64,000 nucleotides of DNA, from the IMG/VR virus record IMGVR_UViG_3300017747_004058. One strand, written 5' to 3'. Positions 38,146 to 46,835 of the stretch are shown here, piece by piece. The notes beneath the pieces are model-generated. The model was not told where the DNA came from, did no database searches, and worked only from the letters and a program-made list of their open reading frames with translations. This DNA is from an uncultured virus (IMG/VR IMGVR_UViG_3300017747_004058). Its lineage: Duplodnaviria; Heunggongvirae; Uroviricota; Caudoviricetes. Made by a program: the position numbers and the translations under genes. Position 1 is the first letter of the stretch. Each line of letters starts with the position of its first letter.

Positions 38146-40700
38146 TATAGAGTGACTCCGTGAGTGTGGGCGGTTCCGGCGCTGGCCGGGCCGGTGACAT
38201 AAGCGCCTGTGTTGGCCTTGCCCGCGAGTGCGGTGGACAGCCCAGGAATATTGGCGTAGTTAATGGCGGCTTCGATAGCGGCTACGAGGGCTGCGAAGTT
38301 CGCGTAGTTGCTGCCGGTGCCGCCCCGCGTTGTGGGGACAACGCCAGTCGTTTCGGTGGCCGATGCCAGATCAATGGCTGCTGACGTGATTTCCTTGCTG
38401 GCGTTCAGCTTCAGAGGCAGGCTCGCCGTGAGCGCCGACATGATGATCTTGGCCAGCGTCTCGAAATCGCAGTTGGGTTTGATCGCAGTCAGCGAGGTTC
38501 CGGCATTGTTCTGGAATTGCGCGATGTCGACTGCGCCTTGGGAGGCTCCGGCTCGCACACCCAGCTGGGTGATGCCGCCGGTCTCGTTGTCGAAGACCAA
38601 CACTGTTTGGGTTCCGCCGACGTTCTCGGCCTTGCGGCCCATCCAGATGCGGGAGTTTCGAGCCGAGAACATGCCGGTGCCTGGATCGGTGCCCCCGGTG
38701 TTTGTGGCATCGCCGAAGCCCAGCTCGAAGCGCTCTGGAGACTCTCGAATGAACAGCCCTTTGAACGACACGGCTAGGGTAAGGGTGCCGGTGCCGGCCG
38801 TGGTGATGTCAATGGCCGGGCCGCCCACAGATGCGGCCAGCTTCATGGACACCCCGGCCACCACATCGCGGGCATAGTAGGGAGTGTCTGCTACCAGGGG
38901 CGCGGGCAGAGTGCCGGTGGACTTCACGTAGAGCGTTTGATCGGCAGCAAATGGGTGCGCCACGGTCAGCACGTCGGTAGTTGTATTGACCGTGAAGGTG
39001 TAGATCTGACTTGCTTGGGTCCAATTCGGGAAGCCAGTGTAGATGCTGTTGCTGCTTCGGAAGCCCCCCTGCGATCCCTCGCCAAAGTTGATGGCATTGG
39101 TGCGCATGATGTTAGGGTAGGCGTCGCTGGAGCCGGTTGCTTGGAAACCCCCGAAGTCGTTGGTGACTTCGATCTCGTTGATGGTGCCGCCGCCGGAGTC
39201 CATGAGAGGCTGTTCTAGGCGGTTTACTAAGACGCGATTTAGCACCTGGGCCACGGTTCGGTTGTACTGGGGGCTTAGGGGCAGAGCATAGCCAAAGGCA
39301 TAGTCAGTAGTATGCCCATTGCGTATTGCGATCCCACCCAGGACTTCAACGGACCCGCCCCCACTGCCCGGATCATTCACGTTGGTAATGATGGCGTTGC
39401 CGCCCACTGCGTCCGTGTAGACGTTGATCTCGCCGAGGCTCAGGGTGCCGCCGTTAAGATTGACCGCCATAACCACGTTGGGAGTGCCTATGCCTTCAGT
39501 GGAACTGCGTTCGGCCTTGATGCTGTTGACCTTCAAACGGGTGGAGAAGCAGTTAACCACGCCCACTGCGGCGACGTGGCAGTTGTCGGAGCTTACTCGC
39601 TCGACAGTGTTGAGGGAGTTCTGTGAGGGCTCAAACAACAGTCCAAAGCCAATCGAGACCTTGAAGGTCCCGGTGCCGGCGCTGGTGATGTCTATAGCGG
39701 GGCCCCCGCTGGTAGCTGCGAGCTTAAACGTGTCGGTCGTGGTGTCCCGGGTGTAGTAAGGTACCCAGGCGGTAAGGCCCCCAGGCATGGTTCCGGTTGT
39801 CCAGCCAAAGACCATTTCGCCATCGATAAACCCGTGCGCGGCCGACGTGATCGTGTCGGTGCCCGTGTTGATCGCGGAAGGGGAAATCGTGGTCCCGTTG
39901 TAGAACGAAGATAGGTTGCCAACGTGGGGCGGCGCGCCGAAATCATAAATTCGGCCGCCGTGCCGCGGGAAGCGTAGTGCCCACACCCGATCAAGCAGGA
40001 AGTTCTCGCCCAGTCGATACAGATTGAATCCACTGCCCCGCTTATTCGTGGTCTTGTCCCCGACTAAGCTGAGGTTCGTGATCGCCGCTGCATGGAGGAA
40101 ATTGTCGGAGCCCCCGAAGTTCGGGTCAAAGGCACTGATCAGCATGTCCTGGTTGCTGTTGGGCGCTTGCCAGAGTGTCGTGGATGGCCACTCACGGTTG
40201 TTGACCCAGGAGCCGTCGCCGACCAGCTCTGTACCCAGCCACAACTTAAGGCGTCCGGTCAGGTAGTCACCTGCGGGTAGGCCGATTCTACCCAATCGAA
40301 CGCCTTTCATCGTGTCGATGACCCGTTGCAGGCTGGTTGTGTAGTCGAATGCGGTATAGCCCGCGGCGCTGGCTACAGTTGTGCCGGCTGGAGCTGCGAG
40401 CACTGGGTTCCCACTACTAATAGACGCAATAGTGGACACGAGTGGAGCACCACCGGCCCCGGCACCTTGAATCACCATCGTCATGCCGATGTGCTGTGGA
40501 AGGTAGTTGACGCCCAGTACCGTTGCGGTATTGAGACCGCTGGAAATAGACACCCCGGATGCATAGGAGCGGTAGTCTGGCTCGATGAATGCTTCGGTGG
40601 AGCCAACGCGCAGGAAGCTCCTCACGTCGATGGTGCGCAGCGCTAAGTCATCCAGTAAATCTAGGCCGTTGCGGTTAAAGGTATAGGGAACGTAAGCCAT
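38145..40700 (-). CDS. Tail spike/fibre-like protein (pectate-lyase-like beta-helix) with two inserted beta modules
   Basis: D.T..LQ..ID...G.I.LPAG.YL motif; C-terminal GVVPTTRGGTG fibre repeat. Confidence 0.7.
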   Translation of the reverse strand: MAYVPYTFNRNGLDLLDDLALRTIDVRSFLRVGSTEAFIEPDYRSYASGVSISSGLNTATVLGVNYLPQHIGMTMVIQGAGAGGAPLVSTIASISSGNPVLAAPAGTTVASAAGYTAFDYTTSLQRVIDTMKGVRLGRIGLPAGDYLTGRLKLWLGTELVGDGSWVNNREWPSTTLWQAPNSNQDMLISAFDPNFGGSDNFLHAAAITNLSLVGDKTTNKRGSGFNLYRLGENFLLDRVWALRFPRHGGRIYDFGAPPHVGNLSSFYNGTTISPSAINTGTDTITSAAHGFIDGEMVFGWTTGTMPGGLTAWVPYYTRDTTTDTFKLAATSGGPAIDITSAGTGTFKVSIGFGLLFEPSQNSLNTVERVSSDNCHVAAVGVVNCFSTRLKVNSIKAERSSTEGIGTPNVVMAVNLNGGTLSLGEINVYTDAVGGNAIITNVNDPGSGGGSVEVLGGIAIRNGHTTDYAFGYALPLSPQYNRTVAQVLNRVLVNRLEQPLMDSGGGTINEIEVTNDFGGFQATGSSDAYPNIMRTNAINFGEGSQGGFRSSNSIYTGFPNWTQASQIYTFTVNTTTDVLTVAHPFAADQTLYVKSTGTLPAPLVADTPYYARDVVAGVSMKLAASVGGPAIDITTAGTGTLTLAVSFKGLFIRESPERFELGFGDATNTGGTDPGTGMFSARNSRIWMGRKAENVGGTQTVLVFDNETGGITQLGVRAGASQGAVDIAQFQNNAGTSLTAIKPNCDFETLAKIIMSALTASLPLKLNASKEITSAAIDLASATETTGVVPTTRGGTGSNYANFAALVAAIEAAINYANIPGLSTALAGKANTGAYVTGPASAGTAHTHGVTL

Positions 40701-42646
40701 TAAGGGTATGCCTCGTAGGTGGCCGGCTGCCCGGTGATGAAGTCGGTTTGCAGGTCAGTGCTGGCAAGTACGCCGTTGTACTCGAACTGGCAATTACTGA
40801 ATTCGTTCTCAGTGTACTTGGTTTCCACGCCGCCTCTAAATATGCCTACTTCCCAGTTGTCCATTTTGTTCTGGGATAGGATCGTGCGGTTGATATCTCC
40901 AGTGCTGTCTTCGCTGACTGCGTAGGCTTTGTCGTCACGTGCTTGGCCGCCTTTGGCCATGTTGTTGGTGACCATGATGTCGTCGAAGTCACCGGAGCCG
41001 TTGTTTTGCAAGTGGTAGCCAATGCGACCGACGCGGTGAATAGTCTGCACACCTGTGCCTGTGGTGGTGATATCCACAGCAGCGCCGCCTTGGGTTAGGG
41101 ACAGCTTCAGGGTATTGGCAGCAGAATTGATTACGTAGTAGGGGAATACGCTAGTGGAGAGGCCCGCGGGAAGGGTGCCCGTAGTGGTTAGATAGACGCG
41201 CTCATTAGTGTCAAAGGTATGCCCAGTGGCGGTAATGGTATCTGTGGACGGGTCTGCCGTAAACGTGAAGTTGGAGGCGTAGAGAATGACTTGGTTACCG
41301 GCGATCTGCACGCGGCGAATGTTGTTGTTGTTCTCTGCGTAGACTTTTAGGCCGGAGGTCTGAAACCAGAACGGTGCCAGTCCATTGAGTAGGTTATCGG
41401 TGACCTGCACATTTTCGTAAGTGATGCCGGAATGTACTCCGGCAAGTACAGACAAGGGACCGCTATTGAATGCTTGGTTGTTGGTTACTGTGGCGTTTTG
41501 ACCGATGATCTCGTAGGCATAGTACCCGCAGTCTCGGACTACATTGCCCCGGCACTGGAATCCATCAACCTGGGAGAACGAGACCGCCCACGAACGTCCG
41601 TAAGTCTTGCCGGGTTGCAACTGGGCCCGAATTCGATTGTTAGTTACGCTGGCGTGGTGGCAATAGTTTCCCGGCGTGCCGTTGGACCAGATTTCAATCC
41701 CTAGTGAATCAGCAGCCGAAATGTCCCCGACAAGCACATCGCAGTCGTCCACGACTACATCGTAAAGCTGTGCTGCCGCGGTACCTAAGAGCTTGCAGCA
41801 ACTACCACTATCGGTGCCGTCAAAAGTGCTGCCCTTAATCGTGATGTCACGCGAGTCTGTTGATCCCAGCGTAGTATGATAGATTCCGGCAAATGCGTTG
41901 GTTGCGCCCCAGGCTGAGTGATAAGTCCGTATAAACTTCACCCGTGTCCACTCGCAGCCTCCGACACCGTACCCCGTATTATTGATAGTTTCCAGCCCTT
42001 CCAGCAACGCATCCATAACGGTGGTTAGCAGGAGTCCAGTTACGTTAAATGTTGCGGACTGAACATTGCGAAGGCCATCGATTACGAAATTGCGCAGCTC
42101 GATGTTGGACACACCTGTCGCGGTGATGAATGGCACGTTATCTACGGCGGTCCCAGGGACCTGGATAATCCGCGAACCTGCGCCGTAGCCGTAGAGCACG
42201 GCATTGGAAGGAATGGTCAAATTAGATGCGCCACAAGCTCCATATGGGATGAGTAAGCCAACCTTTTGCGCCGCGGTGGCATTGATTGCTGCCTGAATTC
42301 GTGTGGTGGAATCTGTACCCCAGTGAAGCTCCGCATCAGAGAAAGAGGAACCGGAAGCCGCCGAAATAGTAATAGACGTAGAAGAGGCGACTGCGGTGAT
42401 GGTGCCATAAAGCAGTAAACCGCCGGCTTTATAGATGCCGAATCTTTTTCCCACTGGGTAGCGGGAACTGGCGGGGTCCAGGGAAAAATTTGCCGTCGCG
42501 CTGGTGACCGTGCTCCCTGGTGAGGCCATGGCGGCGTCGGTCACCGATCGCCAATCCATGCGTACTTGCCATGCGAGCACGGATGGCACTGCGCCCAGGA
42601 GATCCGCAACTTCTACGCTTGCTGCACCGGTGTAATCAATCGACAT
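40700..42646 (-). CDS. Tail spike-like parallel beta-helix protein with one inserted beta module
   Basis: GTDST..IQAAINA...L.IP.G motif; repeated V..N beta-helix rungs. Confidence 0.7.
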   Translation of the reverse strand: MSIDYTGAASVEVADLLGAVPSVLAWQVRMDWRSVTDAAMASPGSTVTSATANFSLDPASSRYPVGKRFGIYKAGGLLLYGTITAVASSTSITISAASGSSFSDAELHWGTDSTTRIQAAINATAAQKVGLLIPYGACGASNLTIPSNAVLYGYGAGSRIIQVPGTAVDNVPFITATGVSNIELRNFVIDGLRNVQSATFNVTGLLLTTVMDALLEGLETINNTGYGVGGCEWTRVKFIRTYHSAWGATNAFAGIYHTTLGSTDSRDITIKGSTFDGTDSGSCCKLLGTAAAQLYDVVVDDCDVLVGDISAADSLGIEIWSNGTPGNYCHHASVTNNRIRAQLQPGKTYGRSWAVSFSQVDGFQCRGNVVRDCGYYAYEIIGQNATVTNNQAFNSGPLSVLAGVHSGITYENVQVTDNLLNGLAPFWFQTSGLKVYAENNNNIRRVQIAGNQVILYASNFTFTADPSTDTITATGHTFDTNERVYLTTTGTLPAGLSTSVFPYYVINSAANTLKLSLTQGGAAVDITTTGTGVQTIHRVGRIGYHLQNNGSGDFDDIMVTNNMAKGGQARDDKAYAVSEDSTGDINRTILSQNKMDNWEVGIFRGGVETKYTENEFSNCQFEYNGVLASTDLQTDFITGQPATYEAYP

Positions 42647-42893
42647 GAGAGATGACTACTAGGTTGTTGGGGTTTAGGGTGGAATTCGCTAGGCTGACCA
42701 GCGCTCCTTCAAGCGAACTGACCCGGCCGCCCAGGTAGTCAAAGTTCCTTTGCAGGAGTTTGACCGACGATGAGCTGTGCCGGGCCAATTGACCGATTAA
42801 ATTATCCTGGGGAAGCTTACCCGCCACGCTGTCCATGCCGGCCGAGTCTATGGCGGGACTCCCAGGGAGGCGCAATGGGGTAAAAGCGAGCAT
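42636..42893 (-). CDS. Hypothetical protein (first gene of the minus-strand tail module)
   Basis: TAAACT-6nt-ATG upstream; overlaps the next gene. Confidence 0.5.
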   Translation of the reverse strand: MLAFTPLRLPGSPAIDSAGMDSVAGKLPQDNLIGQLARHSSSSVKLLQRNFDYLGGRVSSLEGALVSLANSTLNPNNLVVISHVD

Positions 42894-42902
42894 GGTTTAA
42901 GT

Positions 42903-43193
42903 TTACACTGGCGGAGCTGGAGATGCCCACGGCCGTTTTGGATTGTCCGCAGCCATATGAATAGGCAAAGGGGCAATGCCGAAAACGGGCTCCACCTTGA
43001 GGGCTTTCACTTGCCTCGTGAGGACATCGTGATACTTGCGAGCGTACAGGGCGTCAGCGGCCTCCTTAGCGGCTGCACGGGCCTGGAGCACGCAAGATAC
43101 ATACCGTGCGGTATTGGGCGTGGAGAAGCAGACCAGGGCCATGATAAGGAGCACAAGACCGGTCAGGCTTAAAAGAGTCGTTAAGACTTCCAT
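42903..43193 (-). CDS. Membrane-anchored hypothetical protein
   Basis: N-terminal TM segment; AAAGGT SD. Confidence 0.55.
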   Translation of the reverse strand: MEVLTTLLSLTGLVLLIMALVCFSTPNTARYVSCVLQARAAAKEAADALYARKYHDVLTRQVKALKVEPVFGIAPLPIHMAADNPKRPWASPAPPV

Positions 43194-43373
43194 GGGGATT
43201 ACCTTTTATTTTCACCTTTCTGAGGATTCTCTTGGTTGTTTGGGCAGCGGGGTTTGGGGGCCCCATGTTGCTGGCGGCCGGCGGTTTTGGGAGGAGCAAT
43301 CCCTGCCGGCCGCCAGTTTATTAGTGCCGGAGTACTAGTCAATTGCACTCCGATCCTAATCTTTTGTGCGCCC

Positions 43374-43607
43374 CTACTTGCGCCTACGAGGTTCTGGTCC
43401 CTCGTGCTTTATAGGAGCGCCAATATCCTTAAGCGCTTGCTCCACCAAGGCACTTTTGCGCTTACCCCGCAGCACCATGCCAATGAACTGCGGGCTCTTG
43501 CCTAGTTTAGCGGCCAACTGAGAACTTACTCCTCGGTTGTCGGCTACCCAGTGGCGAGCCTCTTGCAGTTTTTCAGCGGCCGCGGCCTTTGTTGCGCGAA
43601 ATCCCAT
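43374..43607 (-). CDS. Small HTH (Cro/XRE-like) regulator
   Basis: SQLAAKLGKSPQFIGMVLRGKRKS helix-turn-helix; palindrome overlaps its start codon. Confidence 0.7.
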   Translation of the reverse strand: MGFRATKAAAAEKLQEARHWVADNRGVSSQLAAKLGKSPQFIGMVLRGKRKSALVEQALKDIGAPIKHEGPEPRRRK

Positions 43608-43622
43608 AGGTTAAGTATAAAC

Positions 43623-44099
43623 CTAACCGTCCCCGTCCGCAACCCCAAGGAGCTTCAGGGTGTTAGTGACGTATGGGGCCCCTTCTTCGTAGCATTTTTC
43701 GATGTCGGCCGCGCTCATGTACTGGAGGAGTTTTTCCTTGCTGAGTGTGCGCCGGCCGGACATGGTTTTGGAATAGAAAGCGGTCTGGCCGAATCGCATC
43801 CCAGGAAGGGAGAACTTGGTTTGGATCTCCGCGAGCTGGGACTTAATGACTCCCACGCGGGCCTCGTGTTTGATCTTGGCACCGGGCTTATCGGGGTCGT
43901 CGATATAGGAGAGCGCAACCAGCTCTTCCATGAGTTCCTTTGCGAGGGCCATTTTAGCCCGCGGCAAGGTGGAGATCAGGGGGAGTTCAGCGGCCTTAAC
44001 GGGAGCTGATTTGGCCGGGGGCGCTGGAAGTGTTGGGAGCGCTTGGACCGATTGTGTTGGGGTAGGCGCTGGCGCTGGTGAAGTGTTTTTCTTTGCCAT
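43623..44099 (-). CDS. Hypothetical protein
   Basis: Directly downstream of a consensus promoter. Confidence 0.65.
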   Translation of the reverse strand: MAKKNTSPAPAPTPTQSVQALPTLPAPPAKSAPVKAAELPLISTLPRAKMALAKELMEELVALSYIDDPDKPGAKIKHEARVGVIKSQLAEIQTKFSLPGMRFGQTAFYSKTMSGRRTLSKEKLLQYMSAADIEKCYEEGAPYVTNTLKLLGVADGDG

Positions 44100-44100
44100 T

Positions 44101-44136
44101 TAGGTTTAATATAAACTCACGCGCACCGGCTGTCAA
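44101..44136 (-). promoter_or_regulatory. sigma70 promoter with palindrome over the -10 element
   Basis: TTGACA(44136-44131)-17nt-TATATT(44113-44108); motif at 44101-44119. Confidence 0.8.
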
Positions 44137-44176
44137 GGACAATTTTTGCAAAGGCTCTTTAAGGGGAGGAATTCCT

Positions 44177-44371
44177 TTAAGCATTGCCGTCCATCCATTC
44201 GGTGACCGGCCGGACGCCCCAGATTTCACGTTTAAGGAGCCAGATTTCGTCTTTCTCCCCGGTCATAATTACGTGACGGTAGAGTTTTTCGCGGCTAAGA
44301 TTGTTCTGCCAAAGGAACACGGAGAGGATTGTGCTTTCGTGGCGAGCGTATTCAGTGGTGAGGACGGGCAT
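44177..44371 (-). CDS. Hypothetical protein
   Basis: TAGGC-TACAAT-TAAACCT-ATG motif/leaderless start. Confidence 0.5.
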   Translation of the reverse strand: MPVLTTEYARHESTILSVFLWQNNLSREKLYRHVIMTGEKDEIWLLKREIWGVRPVTEWMDGNA

Positions 44372-44393
44372 AGGTTTAATTGTAGCCTAGCGC

Positions 44394-46829
44394 CTAGTCC
44401 TTAATCCAGCGGTCCATAATCTTGCCGTCGCTGAGAACTGGCACCCTTAACGCACACTCGCCGGAGCCTAGATAATTCATAGAGGCGTTCATTTCCCTGG
44501 TCATAATGCCTTGGACCTCCTCAGCGTACTTTTGCTCCACTTCCACGATTAGCTCATCGTGAACGGGGAGAATCGCATTCACCCAGATGCCGTCTGCGCG
44601 TAGGGCACTAAAACACTGCTCCAGCTTGGCCATAGCGATCTTGAACACGCCGGCCGCGAGCCCTTGAATGGGCATGTTCCCGGCTTGGCGTAGCCCCGCG
44701 GCGACGATATGGTCGAACGAGCTATACACTTCCGGCACTTGGCGAATCCGGCCCGTGAGATCCCAGACGATGCCGTAATGCTTGGCGCACCAGTAGAGCC
44801 GGTCCATGTAGGCGCGGACATTAGGGTATAGGGCGAACCATGTGCGAATAAAGGAATCGCACCAGTCCAGGTCTATGAAGTCGGGCAGGGGAATGCCGGC
44901 CGTAGCGTAAGTAAGGGCCATGAGATCAAACAGGCCCCCACCGCCCAGGCCGTAGCAATTGCTGACCAGTTTACCCTCGCAAGTGAATCTATGGTCTGGC
45001 CCTACGTTCAAGATATCGTAGACGTGGGCCCAGTGCTCGCCTTGCTCACCTTGCTCTTTATGCCCCTCTTCCGGCGCGGCGGAACCTGCAATATAGCTGG
45101 CCACGTCCAGCCTTTCTTCACCAGCACCCTGGTGCGACCCTCGGAAAGATCGAAATCTGGGTAGTCCGCTTTCAGGGCTTGGTGCAGGTCCGTTGCAGTG
45201 ACTCGCCGCCCCTTGTAATCCGTCCACACGTTGCGCCGAGTATTGCGTAGATTGGTTCCGCGGGCTTCTAGAACCAAGTTTCCAGGTTTGTAGTGCCCGT
45301 TGTTGTTTATCCGGCCGATGTCCACCTTTCGATAGTCCTCGTGAGGAAGGTGTTCCAATATGTACGTTGCGAACTCCTCTGCGGACTTGAATTTGTTCTT
45401 TATCCCCCGGCCGCCATAATTTGCATAGTTCTGGTTTTTGGGATTTGTGCAGCGCTGAACAATGGCGTGGTACCGATCCATAAGCCGGCCTGCTGACTCC
45501 GCGGCGTCTGGAAACTTTACGGCCCTGCGGCATGTGCAACCGCGAGTCCTCCCGGCTAGCAGATTGTGGATTAAAAGAATGGCTATCCGGCCGCAAGCCG
45601 AGCATACCGCCTTCACTTGAAACCCTTGCTCCGTCTTCACCATAGAATCCTGGATCTGGAGCGTATCTAATGGGAGTTTCTTGACTAGCTGTAATCGCGA
45701 GTCTGAGTCCTTTGGCCATGGCCTCAGCAATCGGTAGAACTTGTCCACATCTGGTCCATACTTTGTGATCGGGAGTGGCGGTAATTCCATCCCAAGTGAC
45801 GACTTTTTTGTATCCATTGTAAATGACTCCTCCGTGGGAAACCCACGCTGTACCATCCCACAATAGCATATCCGGTGTCACGTTTTCAATAAATACCAAC
45901 CCCCTGCTAGTAAGCACGCGTTGTGATTTGGCTAAACACACCCCAAAGTTTACGTTTTTGCACGGGGCCCGGTGCAGGAGCTTGTCTACTTGGTGCTTTT
46001 CTAGGCCGAACGCCCGCATAGCCGTGTCTAAATGGATGTCTCCCTTGGGGTCCAGGAAGATGCGGATCATGTTTTGTTCGTGAGCGCAGTGAGCCAATAG
46101 GCGCAGTTCGATTTGCGAGAAGTCCTGGGAAATTAGGACATGACCACCGCCGGCAATGAATGCCTTGCGAACTTCCCGCCCCCAGGCTGAGCGTGCAGGG
46201 ATATTCTGGCAGTTGGGCCGTCGCATGGCTAAGCGGCCCGTGTCGGCGCGAGTGGTGACGATATCGCCGTGGATGCGCCAGAAGCCGTCTTTGTCCTTGC
46301 GGGCGTAGGAGGCGAGCTTTTGCGTGTAGGTGTTGCGAAGCTTGGCGGCTTCGCGGTACTCCAGGAGTAAGGGGATTACGGGGTGCCGGCGCTTGAGGGT
46401 TTCGAGTTGCTTTTTGCCGGTGCTAATAGCCTTGCCAGACTTGGTGGTTTTTAGGCGGTCCCCCTGGCCGATGTCCAGGACTTCAAAGAGTAGCTTGCCC
46501 ACCTGCTCGCTGGAGTTAACATTTAGGACCAGGGAGTCGATGCTATTTACTGCATCGCTGTCTGGGTCGTCGTCCAGGGCGCTGAGATCGCGGGTGCCAG
46601 CGAACATATGGGCCGCAGACACAGGAATATGCTGCTTAATGTCGCCCAATAATTGCTCCTGGCGGGATTCAAGCAGGCAGTCCACGTTCTCCAGCCAGTC
46701 AGGGTCAATGGCGGCCCCCACGGTCATCATGCGGCGGATCTGCGGGATGGGCAATAGGTCCAGCCGCCGGACGTTGGTGAGGTCCGGTTGGCCGGGGAGA
46801 GTGATATTGCCGAATAGCTTGTGGATCAC
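44394..46829 (-). CDS. polA: Family A DNA polymerase, polymerase domain only, intein-containing
   Basis: TGRLA..PNCQNIP, motif A DFSQIELR, motif B R...KNVNFGV|CYG split by an intein, motif C VHDEL. Confidence 0.93.
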   Translation of the reverse strand: MIHKLFGNITLPGQPDLTNVRRLDLLPIPQIRRMMTVGAAIDPDWLENVDCLLESRQEQLLGDIKQHIPVSAAHMFAGTRDLSALDDDPDSDAVNSIDSLVLNVNSSEQVGKLLFEVLDIGQGDRLKTTKSGKAISTGKKQLETLKRRHPVIPLLLEYREAAKLRNTYTQKLASYARKDKDGFWRIHGDIVTTRADTGRLAMRRPNCQNIPARSAWGREVRKAFIAGGGHVLISQDFSQIELRLLAHCAHEQNMIRIFLDPKGDIHLDTAMRAFGLEKHQVDKLLHRAPCKNVNFGVCLAKSQRVLTSRGLVFIENVTPDMLLWDGTAWVSHGGVIYNGYKKVVTWDGITATPDHKVWTRCGQVLPIAEAMAKGLRLAITASQETPIRYAPDPGFYGEDGARVSSEGGMLGLRPDSHSFNPQSASREDSRLHMPQGRKVSRRRGVSRPAYGSVPRHCSALHKSQKPELCKLWRPGDKEQIQVRRGVRNVHIGTPSSRGLSKGGHRPDKQQRALQTWKLGSRSPRNQSTQYSAQRVDGLQGAASHCNGPAPSPESGLPRFRSFRGSHQGAGEERLDVASYIAGSAAPEEGHKEQGEQGEHWAHVYDILNVGPDHRFTCEGKLVSNCYGLGGGGLFDLMALTYATAGIPLPDFIDLDWCDSFIRTWFALYPNVRAYMDRLYWCAKHYGIVWDLTGRIRQVPEVYSSFDHIVAAGLRQAGNMPIQGLAAGVFKIAMAKLEQCFSALRADGIWVNAILPVHDELIVEVEQKYAEEVQGIMTREMNASMNYLGSGECALRVPVLSDGKIMDRWIKD
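44958..45938 (-). mobile_element. 327-aa intein in PolA motif B, lacking an in-frame endonuclease
   Basis: Starts CLAKSQRVLTSRG; block B TATPDHKVW; block F VYDILNVG..HRF; ends LVSN|C. Confidence 0.9.
45008..45817 (-). CDS. HNH-type homing endonuclease overprinted in the +1 frame inside the intein
   Basis: CSACG...GCTC, RYHAIVQRCTNPKNQNYANYGGRGI, DIGRINNNGHYKPGN...NLRN, C-terminal HTH-like tail; GGAGGAG 9 nt upstream of ATG 45817. Confidence 0.85.
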   Translation of the reverse strand: MDTKKSSLGMELPPLPITKYGPDVDKFYRLLRPWPKDSDSRLQLVKKLPLDTLQIQDSMVKTEQGFQVKAVCSACGRIAILLIHNLLAGRTRGCTCRRAVKFPDAAESAGRLMDRYHAIVQRCTNPKNQNYANYGGRGIKNKFKSAEEFATYILEHLPHEDYRKVDIGRINNNGHYKPGNLVLEARGTNLRNTRRNVWTDYKGRRVTATDLHQALKADYPDFDLSEGRTRVLVKKGWTWPAILQVPPRRKRGIKSKVSKASTGPTSTIS

Positions 46830-46835
46830 GGGGGT

